Assembly (NCBI GenBank): GCA_028534125.1
Contig: CM052833.1
Span: 3,534,001-3,598,000, forward strand
Source: Lama glama
Taxonomy: Eukaryota
Reading direction: 5' to 3'
Length of the DNA: 64,000 nucleotides
Shown here: in pieces, positions 51,756 to 64,000 of the stretch
Numbering within the stretch: position 1 is the stretch's first letter
How the letters are laid out: every line of letters starts with the position of its first letter
Notes under the pieces: model-generated
Told to the model about the DNA's origin: nothing
What the model saw: only the letters and a program-made list of their open reading frames with translations
Database searches by the model: none
Translations under genes and position numbers: made by a program

Positions 51756-54700
51756 GAGGCTTTATTTAATCAACAAACATCAGGGGCTGCTTCTGTGGGC
51801 TGGACACAAAACAGTCCACCTTCAATACTCAAGAGCTAGCTGCTCCCTGGCACAGAATCCTTATCTCCCAGATCTTCCCAGATGAGAACCAGATCTCCAA
51901 ACCCGGAGCAGGAGGACTCATGGCCTCCAGCCCAGAACCCTTCTGCTCCTTTGGGGCAGCTCCTAAAGCAGCAGGCAACAATTTCCAGTGAATTCCTAAC
52001 GCGCAGCCCCAGATGAGAGGCCGTAGAGGCCGTGTGTCCAGTGGGTCAGGATGGAGCCTGGCAGGGGCCCGGAAGCTCCAGTTCCACCTCCAGGAGGAGC
52101 CGCAGCCCAGCTCGGAAGGCGGGAGCAGGGATTTTAACTGCATTACCAAACACAGTTAGCTCTCAAAGGGTGAAATCCATTTTTCTTCGCTGTTTCTTCT
52201 CCCCTACAGTAAACTGTGAACCACACAGGGGCTCAGCATGAAGACCCTCCTTGGAAGCCTGGTGAAACGTCATGGAGGGAAAATGTTTGGAAAGACATAT
52301 ATTTAGGTGTTTGGGCAGCTCTTCTCAAACTTTTCAAAGCAGAAGGGTTGCATCAGTCCCGCAATCACAAATGTAAAAAAAGGCTAAAAGATTGTGCATA
52401 AAATGGCCTAAAGAGAGAAACAGCGGCCCAGCGCAGAGACCACCAGTCAGGTAATGCAGAGCGGCCAGCCTGAGCCCCCCCACCTCCTAGGCACGTGGCC
52501 TAGAGAAAACACCACCTTCCTGGCCCCTCCTGTGGCTGGGGGCAGCGGGGAGGGGACGGCCCATGAAATGTGGCTGAGAACAGGAAAAAAAATGCAAAGA
52601 TCTTTCAGTGTCTTTCACTGAACGCGGTTCACATTACTTTTTCAAAATGACCAAGGTAAACAATTTACAATTTAATAGAGTTCTTCTCAAACGAGTCATC
52701 TTTGTAACATTTTACAACTTTTGAAATACTTGTAGCTACAGTATCAAGCTGCAGTATCTAGGATGACCATTGAATCTAAAGTGGAGCCTTTTTTTAAAGC
52801 GAGGAAATGACCGAAGTTCTGGATGCATACCAGCTCTACACCTCGTCCCACAGACACCCCTACATCCCTGTAAAGCGGACACCTTCCTGCCCACACCATC
52901 ACAGTCCAGTTACTAGGATATCGACATATCACGCCACGTCGGGGTGTAATTCACAACAGAATTCATGCTTCTTTTCAATTACACTAACAAGATTTCAATT
53001 ATGCTAACCTTCTTAATTTTCTCCTTTGCTGTTTGTTCCACTGCTATTACTCTATTACGTGAACTTGAGACCAACAGCACTTGTAAAAGATTCTCCATCA
53101 CCTTTTTTTTCCCCTTGGAGTTAAATCTTGAACGGGCTGCATGTCTTGATGAACTACTAAAGCTTTCCATGATTTTTTCCCCTAAGTTAAAACATGTCCC
53201 TTTAGGTATTTCCAACTTAATAGAATTTCCCAAAGAATCCCTCTCCCCAGAAATGTTTTCTCCAAGTCTCTCTGCAAGACCTGAAAAGTACCTGAGTATG
53301 CACCCAATCCTTGAAGAACTTCGACTTAGCAGGACATCAGCAAGCCATCCATCCTACTTGTCAGCTCCCAAGCCCTCTGGATATCAACGTCTCTAGGAAC
53401 GAGACAAAGCATTTGTTTCCTGACATGCATTCTTACTGATTGGTGACAAAATTGAGGTCGTCTCTTTATGGGATTGGTGCAGGTGCAGAGAGCCAGGCAC
53501 TAGACCCCACATGCAGCTCAGACCTGCGAGCAGAAAGCATTTGTAGGAAGGACTCTCCTAAAGAAGTCAAAAATACAGTGGTTCCCTTTCCAGGGGTTGC
53601 TTTCTGGATAGAAGTAAGGTTCTGCTGGACAGCAGCTTTGGAGTCCAACTGCCAGCACAGGGTTTAAACTTGGAGCATCTGCTACGGAGTGTCTCCACCA
53701 ATATGACCACATTCTCCAGGGCCATTTGGGGGGAGGGGGAAGAATTTCATGTTCCTTGTGAAGGAGATAAGCAATCACCAGGAAAATGCAAAACCAACAC
53801 AATGATAATGGTTCTCGGGCAACGTTCACATTCTGTCATCCAACATCTAGAGCTCCTTAGAGATGAGAGGTAACAAAGTCCTACAGAGACAGTGAGCAAA
53901 CAATTGAAATACGGTGAAAGTCTGGGGGGGGGGGTGGGTACAGAGCACAAATAAGAACGAAAGCTGCCGTAAGAAACCGGGATACACCTGCTTTTCTCTC
54001 CTGGGCTTCAGTTCCCTTTGCTGGTGTCCATAGTTCCTTTCTTGATGCCTCTTAATTTCTGCAGCTGACCTGACTTTCCAGCTGCATCTGGAAGGTCCTC
54101 GTGCTCTCTCATGGGTTTGTGTCTTCTGTTCTTTATTTACCCCCACATTTATGTTCACCTGAGTGTCTACAGATGGTGGAGTCATTCTTTAAATTCATCC
54201 TCTAGTTGTTCTTTTTAATTTGAGGCAACACATCCTTCCTGACCTATCTGCATACCCTATGATGACAGCATTAGGGACAGGCATGTTGACAACTGACTGG
54301 TGTACTTTACATCCTTCCTGTGTCTTTCCTCCATTTGTGGGGGGTGGGGGAGGGTACATCTGTCAATCACTGACCACGCGGCAACTTATGGCACGGAGCA
54401 GAGAGAAGCTGCCAAGCTGGTCTCCCCCAGCCCAGACCCAATGGCCCTCTAGACACAGGGACCTTCTGTGGGGTCTGCCATCTGGGAGCTGAGACAGATT
54501 AATAGGAAACAAATGACAAGAGGTGTTTAATCTGATTAACCCAGAGAGCTTGTTTTTACCTAGAGAGCAGAACTCTGAGCAAAAATGGGTCACAGACTTG
54601 ACAGAGTACAAAAGGGAAGAGGGTTCTTTAAAAAAGTAAATAAATAGGCCCTGGAAGTGTCCTTCTGCAACAGGAGACTCAGGATTTCAAATCCAAGCCC

Positions 54701-57700
54701 ATCTAGTGCCAAGGCTGCGGCCAGCCACTCGGGGCTCCGCGGAAAGGCGGCAGAAACGAGAGGTGGGCTCCAGGGCTTATGGAGAACCCCTGCATCCCTA
54801 CATCAAAGGACAGAAGGCAGGATCCGTGACCCACGGCACCTAAACGCACTAGGAAAGAGTACGGTCAGGACGCTGTGGCTTTGGCCACCGTGACATCCAC
54901 AAACAGGGCAGGAGGGAACCCCCGCCCTAACCGACGGCTGCGGAGGCAGGACCAGCACAGGACCGGCCCCCTGTTGCTGCAGGACAAGAAGCCTGAGTCC
55001 AAGACCCAGAGTTAGAGAAAGAAGGGCGGGGGTCCCACAGGGGCCAGAACGACCTGGGGGTGGCTCCGGGTCAGAGAACAGCCTGTTTCACTCTGCTTCT
55101 GCAGATACACAGTGGACGGGGCGGGGGGACCAGGGGGCAGAACATCAGACAACAGAGAGCCACCAGCACCTGTGTGGACCCCCTACCCCGGCACCCAGAC
55201 GAGCCAGTCAACCAAGCTAGTGCGTGTCACTGCGCAGGCGTCTCAGCGCCCACAGTGCAGAAGCCAATGCGGAAGCACCACGCAGGTGCCGTTAGCTTCA
55301 AGAGTGTCAAAAAGGCATTCTGATGTCTCCAGAAGGAAAGGTCTAGTTTTAACAGAAACCCCAAACCGTCAGAATCAAGACGCAGTAAGGGTCACTTGGT
55401 TAACACTTAGCAGCCCACCTGTGGGGCGAACGTAACATCAGAAAAGGTAGCTGGAGGGGAGGGAGCCTCCCTGCAGGGCCAGGAGGGCTCAGACACACAA
55501 AACCAGCTCACACGGAGCCAAGAGGGAAAGACAGCCAGAGGCGGGGAAAGAGGTACTCGCTCGGCAAGGTGGGAGAGGACGGAGGAGGCACGCCAAACTC
55601 ACAGGCATGAGAAAAAAGGGAGAACCTGAGAAAGGGACTGGGGACCAGGAGGGACTGGTGGCAGGACTCATGGATCACCTCCACTCCACACCTCTGCATA
55701 CAGAAGCCCAGCGCCCTCTACACTGTATCTCCAGGGGGTTCCAACACTGGACAGAATCTGTAGCTCGCCGGGAGCCATCATCCACACCATACAGACTCAC
55801 ACACCACCTCCATCACCACCAATGGAAGCCGGCCCAAAGACAGGATGCTGACCCATTAAGACCGCACACACTCTCAGGATCCTTCCGAACATGGTGGCCC
55901 AGGGAGCCACCTCCTCCGCATCTGCTAGCACACGAGCTGAATCCCCGCAGCCACTCTTACACCAGAGGGTTCTTCTTGAAGAGATAGATGCTCCACTGTT
56001 GGTCATTCCGCTCTTTGCTACAGCAGAGCAGTGCAAAGCACACAGCTGCAGGACTTAGCTGGTGAGTGGAAAATGCTTTGCAAATGATACACTGATGCCT
56101 CATTCCATTGATGTTTCTCATATACAGTTACATTCCCTCCAATTACGAAGAAGGAAATGCCTTTGACAATCTTTGAATTTGACCAGTGGTGCTGTTGCAA
56201 AATACATTTTAATTGACAACACTAGGGTTTTTGTACAAAATAGTAATGAAAGCCATGGAAGGTTATAGCTTAATCTCTGAGAAATGTTCTTAAATTTTAT
56301 TTTTAAGAGTGTAAGGAATAATGTTTTAACGAAAGAAGACAAATTGTCCCAGGATCCTTACTAAGAGTAAGCAAAGGGGTATTTAAACTGATCCACCAAC
56401 GGAACTAGATGGGAATATTTGGGACTTTAGTTTCACCACCATTTAGGTCCCACCGAATTTTGTGAATTCCTGTGTTTGTATTATCTGTTCCAAGAAGTTA
56501 CTCTGCCCTGGCTCTGTGTCATCTCACTCATTGACTTAGAAAGTGCCCTTCAAAGGACTCTGTTCACTGGTGCACTTCCCAATGAATTAAAATTCATTTC
56601 TGTTCTAGTGGGGAAAAAATTACATCTGTTGATGTTGCTGGAAATTGACTAATTTCCCGCATCAGTGGATGAAGCGGCCGTCTCCTGTGTCGTTTTCTTG
56701 CCTTTAAAAGTGTCTGTCTCCCTGTGATTTGATCTTTCATGAGCGATGAGACTAATCTGGAGAGATTAATCACTTCGGATTCCTTGCCAGCTTCTGCCGA
56801 GCTCACCTCTTATCTTCACAGGCAGACCTCATCCTCACAGAGGTTTGAGGGAAGCCTCTGAAGGGTTTAAAGACCCTTTGCACCAAGTGGTTCCTCCCGA
56901 CTACAAGTATAAATCACACTTTAGAATCGTCAGACAATTTTTTATCCTTTCATTTCACTCAATGCTGGATACTTTAAAGTGTCAGCCTTATGGGTCCCAG
57001 GGAATCAATCAACTGGGTTTATTTTCTTGATGAAAAGACAGGGTCTGCTTCAGAAAACTGAAGCACCAGAGGTTTTAAGCCAAACAAAATGCCTTCAAAG
57101 TCAGCAGATAGAAAACACTCAGATATTAACTTTAGGACCCTAAAGACATCAAACCTTATTTTTTTTAAATTCTCAGTTCCGTTCCTTACCCACGATTCTC
57201 CCACTCCTCTTCTCCTCACAACGAGATTTAGTCACCAGAGCCAGTTGGCCCTCTGATCATTCTTCTGGTGTCTGGCAATAGGATGACTTACCGGGACCAA
57301 AAAATTTATTTTCTCTAGCTAACTTCATTAAATGCAGACTTCACATGCCTGTCATAGATGTTTTTTTTTAAATTTATATCTGTAAGTTCATGCCCACAGT
57401 ATGACCATCACGGCTTTTTCTTTTCTTTCTTTCTTTTTTATTTATTTATTTTTTTGAGTGACTGAAGTTAGATTAAGAAGGTAAGGCACGCACTGTTTAC
57501 TACCTTATGTTACATTAGTGGGCACACTAAAAATGTGCGAAGAACTACAGCGGAGAGGAGCTCAGAGGTACAAAAAGCTCGGGGCCTCTCTCCCCACCAA
57601 AATCTCACTCCAGCTTCCTGCTGCATGATCAGCAAAGACCTGTCTCGGCGCCTAGCTGTGACTGTCGGAGCAGCGCCCCGTGGCCTTCATTGCTCGTGAG

Positions 57701-59287
57701 GTTTGCTATCTGCTCTCATCCCAATGGGTACAGAGTTCCAAAGTCAACACTGGAGAATTCCAAAGGCATGTCGCCTCCAATTCATCAACATGCAGTCCTG
57801 GATTCTAAACATTCCTATACTTAATAAAAACAGGAATGAAGGAAAAGAGAACATAGGGTGAAAAACATTATTTTGGAGAAATTTACTTGACAGCACTTGA
57901 AGCCCATGAGCCTAAGCGGATCCCGGATCCTTCCAGCCCAATGGTGCGGTGGGGAGGAAGGTCCTTGGGGGAGTTGCCTGTGATCTTCGGCAGAAGGCAG
58001 CAGCCACTGTCCAATGGCTACAATAATTTAACCATTTCTCAAATGGTGAAGAGGGGAAATAATCTTGAAAAGAAATAAAGACTCAACCAACTGATGAGAA
58101 ATAGGTTTTCTCCCCTTTGTCATGTTTTCTTTTGTTATTTCAACCGAAGATTATTCCAGGTTTGGTTTTTTTGTTTTTTTTTTAAATCCCAAAGAAATCT
58201 CATCTAATACTGCCCTTTGGAAGAAGAAAGAACACGTCACAATGGGGGTTGGTGGGTACATCACACATAAGATGAACACATTCCTCTTTCATATATAAAC
58301 CAAAGGATAATATTAGTGCTATTATAGTACATCTATTCCAGATCTTGCCAATAACAGGAAATGGAAGGAGAAAGAGGATTTTTTTTAACACAAAGGAAAA
58401 CCTTTGCCTTCTTGGGTACCGACGTTAATTCACACAGTCAAACCCTCTCAGCCGACATACTCGGGCCTGAGGTAACTGATGGTGAAAACTGATGAAAGCA
58501 GAAAATCCTTTAAAAATGATACATACACACCTTAAGACTTGACTTTAATGTGCAGCCACGGTGACTGATGGTCTTGTTTCCTGGGATGAGGCACAGCCGG
58601 TGGCCAGGCGTACAGCACAGGAGACGCACCCTCACACCGCTGGGGGCCATGACCCTCCTTTGGACAGAGGTCTGATGGAGCTCCCACGGACCTTCCTGCG
58701 TGAATGGTGCCCAGTCTAGGAGTTCGCAGCCTCGTAATTCCCAATCTCAGTTTCTTTGAAGTTGAGCGAGAACTGAAGATACGTATGAAGACTAGACTCT
58801 TTCCGGATTTTTACAACATTCCCCCACTTTTTATAGCTGTCCCAACCCACTCACATTGACAGACATGCTTTTGTAGTCACAAGTGTTGAATCCTCTCCAA
58901 AATACTCACAGCAGTGACTTTTGCTACTTACATTTAATCAGTTTATAAAATGCTGATGTCCCATTTCATTAAACTACATAATTCCAGTAGCAAGTGGCTC
59001 AAGGAGGTTTGAGAACAAATGCGCTGATCCTGTCAGCACCCAGTTCCACCCCTCAAGCAGGAAGACATGGGTGTCCTGGGAGAGAGTGGGCTGTACCAGC
59101 CGCTGGTGCCCAGGTGCCCCAGGGACAAGATGTGTGTTGACACGTACTACACGGGACTGTAGAAGGATACAGCAGTTAATGCAGTGAGTCAATAACATGG
59201 AAGCCGGCTAGAAAACTCCTGTACTTGAAATTTTTTAAGGGTCTACTGCAAAAGAGTGAGTTTTCTTTTTTCTTCTTTTTTTAAAAA

Positions 59288-59481
59288 AATTTTATTGAAG
59301 TGCAGTTGATTTACAATCCTAGTTTCAGGTGTACAGCAAAGTGATTCAGTTATACATACACATACATATATATTTTTTCTTTTCAGATTCTTTTCCATTA
59401 TATGTTATTACAAGAAATTGAATAGAATTCCCTGTGCTACACAGTAGTTCTTTGTTGCTCATCTATTTTATACATAGTAAC
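59288..59481 (-). mobile_element. L1 3' tail running into gap
   Basis: tttattgaagtgcagttgatttacaat...gtttcaggtgtacagcaaagtgattcag...ccctgtgctacacagtag. Confidence 0.88.
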
Positions 59482-59981
59482 NNNNNNNNNNNNNNNNNNN
59501 NNNNNNNNNNNNNNNNNNNNNNNNNNNNNNNNNNNNNNNNNNNNNNNNNNNNNNNNNNNNNNNNNNNNNNNNNNNNNNNNNNNNNNNNNNNNNNNNNNNN
59601 NNNNNNNNNNNNNNNNNNNNNNNNNNNNNNNNNNNNNNNNNNNNNNNNNNNNNNNNNNNNNNNNNNNNNNNNNNNNNNNNNNNNNNNNNNNNNNNNNNNN
59701 NNNNNNNNNNNNNNNNNNNNNNNNNNNNNNNNNNNNNNNNNNNNNNNNNNNNNNNNNNNNNNNNNNNNNNNNNNNNNNNNNNNNNNNNNNNNNNNNNNNN
59801 NNNNNNNNNNNNNNNNNNNNNNNNNNNNNNNNNNNNNNNNNNNNNNNNNNNNNNNNNNNNNNNNNNNNNNNNNNNNNNNNNNNNNNNNNNNNNNNNNNNN
59901 NNNNNNNNNNNNNNNNNNNNNNNNNNNNNNNNNNNNNNNNNNNNNNNNNNNNNNNNNNNNNNNNNNNNNNNNNNNNNNNNN
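59482..59981. other. Assembly gap (500 N)
   Basis: Run of n. Confidence 0.99.
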
Positions 59982-62034
59982 GCCACCAGGTGTGCAACTC
60001 ACCCAGAGCTGAGCCCAGGGCTGAGCTGGGGGCAGAAACCAGTGAACCCCTGATGATGATGGCCAGACCTGCACTATTATAACCAGCAAAACCCGAAGCC
60101 CTTGAATCTGGAGGATTTTCTGTAACTCCTGTTACTAGCAGTTATGAGTCAATAATAAATAGCAAATGAACAGATAAAATGCATGCTCTAGATGCCCAGA
60201 GGTGGGGAGCACAGGATGGCAGCAGAAAATATTTCAGAATACCTGAAGTTCTGAAGAAGTTCAGAAAGGGCCCACTGAGAGCCCCCACTTTATCTTCCAA
60301 CAACTGCCAGGTTGCATTTGGAGGAAGTACTTCAGTTTTCCCACAGAATTCTCCAGTCCTGTGGTCACGTGGGATTTCAGACACCTGCATGAGAACTAGG
60401 ACAATCCTCTGAGAAGCCACGCAGCCCCACCCCTCTGGAGGGGCCATCTTTTCTCTGCTTATGCACTGAGAAACCAGGCTGTCGGACTGGTTAAGTTAAA
60501 CCCTAATGGAATTTAAGAGCTCCAAGAGCAAAACAGGTCTATTTTTTAGTAGCTTTTCCCTTTTAATTCCTCTGCCTCAATATTTCCACCTCCTTCCCTG
60601 CCTGCCCTTGCACGCAAAATCCAACGATGGAAGAAACCTGAGTGAAACTGGGAGCCAAAGGCTGCGGAAGCCCCCTAACACGGGATGAGGCTCCAGGCTC
60701 CAGGAGCTCCTGGCAAAGGAGGGGGCCCACCAAGGTGGAGGCGAGGGGGTGGTGAGTGCAGCCAGGTCCACAGAAGCTGTCCTCCCTCTCCCGCCCGACT
60801 CTCGCTTTCTCCCACCTGTGGTGTGAGTACCATTGCTCTGCCCATTCTGCAGATGAGGAAAGCAAAGCTTGTAGTAATGATGTAACCTGCATGAAGTCAC
60901 GTGGCTGGTGGAAACAGACCTGGGCTAAAAGCAGAGTGTCTGTCTCCACCATCGCTCACACACCATCTTGCCTTTTGCTGTACAAGTGCCTCACTCTATA
61001 ACCTTCTCCAGAACTTACTGAGGATAAAAAGTATCCTAAGGGCAAATATGCGGAGCAAAGGATATTTTTCTGTGGCTGAATTTTCTGTTTCTGTAGCATT
61101 GCCAATATTGTGATTTATGCAAAGGAATAGAAAAATCAATATAATGATTTAATGTAATACTACCTTAAAGATAGTAATAAAATAATAAATTAAAGATAGT
61201 AATAGTCCTATGGTATTAATGAAAAAACTGAGGTCAAAAGAAATAATTTGCTCAAATTTATATTGTAAGTACTGAAAACAGTACTGGGATCTTGGGATAG
61301 CATATACCAAAATATATGTTTCTTTTTTCTACTGCATGCCATCATGTGTTACATACCTTAGAAGGAAATAACATGGAACACTGATATAAATGTGTATGTC
61401 CCTGTGAAAGTTTACTGTGTATCATCAATGAAGAATAAACAAAGTGATAAAAAAAAAAGTGTCCTGGGTTTTTTTAAGGAACTGGTTTAACCTCAATACT
61501 AAAATCTAACAAAGAGGACACACAAACAATTAAGATGCAAAGATCTAAGAAAACATTGGCAAAGCAAAGTATGCAATTTGTGAAAATAACAAAACAGGAC
61601 CAAATACGGTTTATCTTAGGAATTCAAGAAGAATTACAAGAAGCCTATGTTTTATTTCTCTGTATCAAATATCAGTGTACAGGGGACACACAACAGGAGG
61701 CTCTCCAAATTAGACAGCTTCCCTCCTTCCATTACTATATTTCCTAATTGATTAATGCTGACACATTAGAGAAAGATTAAGTGTCATGTATCTCTTTATA
61801 TATGGCCATCTTGCTGCTAATACTGATTCGAAAAATCTTCTGACTGATTCTTTTGGCTTCTTCTACAGAAATAATCATATCAACCATTTTAAAATAATCA
61901 TTTTATCCTCACTTTTCTAGTAAATATGCCTGTCTTCTGTTTCCTGGCTAAAGCTTTCAGAGGAAAATTAAATAATCATGGGTCTACTTTTCTCAGCCCC
62001 CAGTGGGATACTGTGTCAGTTTGGGTTCAGAAAA

Positions 62035-62250
62035 CAATAATCATAATCGCTCTTAACATTTACAGAATTCTTATCTTGTGCCAGATGAGGTTCTAAGTAC
62101 TTTATACCGATTCAGCCTTCATAAAACTCCTATGAAGTGGGTAACATTATTGCTGTTTTTAAAGAGAGGAGATTGAGGCCCAAAAGAGTTTGCAACGTTG
62201 CTGAAGTCACATAGAAAGTGACAGAGCTCGGCCCCAACCCGGGCAGCCTG
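62035..62250 (-). mobile_element. MIR SINE
   Basis: aacatttacagaattcttatcttgtgccag...ctaagtacttta...cctatgaagtgggtaacattatt...gaggagattgaggcccaaaagag...aagtcacatag. Confidence 0.75.
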
Positions 62251-62369
62251 GGGCCTCCCTGGAGCCTCCCAAATGCTGCCTCCCAGATGGGTGTTCTCAT
62301 GCACGCTCTCATTCCACACGTGTCCACTGGCGTCTACCCTGAGCTGGACTCTACGTTAGGTGCCCAAGG

Positions 62370-62656
62370 GACAGTCAGCCTCGAGACAGCAACACAGAAA
62401 TCCTGCCTGCCAGGCGGTCGTGCAGATCTCGGACTCACGACTGCAATGTCAATTCTCATCTGAATCTCCAGCCTGCTGGCCCATTCTACAGATCTCAGGT
62501 TTGCCAGGCCCCATAATGGCGTGAGCTAATTACCTGAAGTAACCCTCTCTGGGCAGACCAGATGGAATGGACAGATTAAGCTAGATTAGACTAGATGGAT
62601 GGACAGCGAGACAGATATCTTACTGGCGCTATTTCTCTGGAGAACTCTAACACCAA
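62370..62656 (+). mobile_element. MLT2 (ERVL) LTR 3' part
   Basis: tgaatctccagcctgctggcccattctacagatctcaggtttgccagg...gtgagctaatt...tactggcgctatttctctggagaactctaacacca. Confidence 0.75.
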
Positions 62657-64000
62657 GTTGGGGTCTGCCTTAGTGGAGCTCCCGTATTTCCAAAGTAAAA
62701 TCAGTAACAGGCTGTCAATGTGTGTGCCCTCGAGGCATGTTAGTGGTCCTTCTCTCCCTGATATCGGTAGGCTGGATCAGCGTCACAGCTGCCCCTCCTT
62801 CCAAACCTGCCTGTTTGCAGCGGAGTGAAATGGGAACGCACCAAGTACTAGAATCTGGTGACCCAGAGGCAAAGGCAGTTTGGTTTGACCCAAAACTCCC
62901 CAGGCAGACTCAGACTCCATTCCTATCAGTGCAGCCACTGCCAGGTAATGGGGTGCCCACCCCCCAGGCCAATGCTACCCAAGCAGTGAGGGCACCAAAA
63001 CGTACGCTCAGTTCAAAGAGACTCCTGCCGAGGCACACGTGCCAGGGATGTGACGGCACTAGCGCTGAAGGAACTGGCCAAAACGTCCGTTTCGCAGAAC
63101 TACCATAATGTCTATGGCCTTGGGAAAAAGATCTGGTTTAACCAAATAAGTCTCATAGAAACCCATGTCCCCGTCTCTCAAGAAAATATTTCTATAAGAA
63201 TATCATGTAACATGTACATGTAATGTAACTTGCATTATCTTATTGAGTGGCCTGGAGCCAAAGGCTTGAGTTTTTCTCACAATCAATAGCAGAAATCAAT
63301 GCCCCCAGATATTCCTCCACTCGAATTCAGACTCAGCTGTCATTTCGGTCAGGAGCAGAAAACACGTGTTTGATGATACAGCAGGAGCAGAGACTGCCCC
63401 AGGAATGTGCCAGCCAGCGCTCTGCTGAAGAAGGATCTGAATCAGTCATCAGCTAGTAAAAGGGTGGTACTCACGAAGATTGATTTGCTCAGAAGCTCAA
63501 AGGCTAAGAGAGCTAGGAGCCACTACGCTCATCTCCAGATGTGTTCTGGAGCATAAACTCTGCAGCCAGCTGTGCGATCCTGCACAAGTTCCTTAGCTTC
63601 TATGAGCCTCAGCTTCCTTGTCTCCGACACAGGCTAATATTATGCTTTTGGTGTCAGATCTAAGAAACGAAGCCTTACTCCTATTTTCTTCTAAGAGTTT
63701 TATAGTTTTAGCTTCTCCCCATCAGGTCTCTCCTAATGGGAAAGAAGCCTCTGTTCAACCACAATTTCCAGTTCCTGTGCAGTCCTACTGCCCCGCTGTC
63801 TCAGCCCCACCTTCTCTCCCTGCCCCATCTTCAGCTGCACCCCCCCCCAACTACTCTCTGCTTCCTTTCTCCCCAGGACACCGCAAAGCTCCTCTGTACC
63901 ACTCCCTTGGCCTTGCCTTTGGCCTCTCACAACCTGAATTTTCTGTAGCACAGTCTTCTTAACTGCCCTTTCTTTGAAATTTTCTGCTGGCCGAGGCAGA

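Noticed and set aside
682-60089. Long ORFs containing X runs
   Set aside because: Artefacts of translating through N gaps.
7438-60151. Apparent abundance of AP-1 sites (13 TGASTCA found by eye)
   Set aside because: About one per 5 kb versus ~8 expected under uniform composition; not a convincing enrichment, and some lie in repeats.

Overview
Non-coding mammalian genomic DNA, almost certainly from a camelid (camel or alpaca), judged from two tRNA-Ala-derived vic-1-type SINEs and many copies of one artiodactyl-type L1 3' tail. I recognise no protein-coding gene. The listed ORFs are chance ORFs, gap artefacts or decayed retroelement fragments, so the window is best read as a large intron or intergenic regulatory region with four assembly gaps. 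It holds the usual eutherian repeat fossils: L1/HAL1, L2, MIR, MER5/MER20/MER119-like and Tigger13a-like DNA transposons, and MLT1/MLT2/MER21-like LTRs. It also holds two same-family ERV1-type solo LTRs in opposite orientation, each with its own 4-bp TSD. The most unusual structure is a pair of gap-free 240-bp inverted repeats (14730-14969 / 15930-16169, 232/240 identical) that match no repeat I recognise and enclose a 960-bp spacer. Other points of interest are a muscle/cardiac-type motif cluster (~23.8-24.3 kb), a 30-bp GAAA-rich minisatellite containing an ISRE/IRF core, a PBX-MEIS decamer and one candidate minus-strand exon. Repeat family names come from recall of consensus sequences. Boundaries of old elements are approximate (tens of bp).
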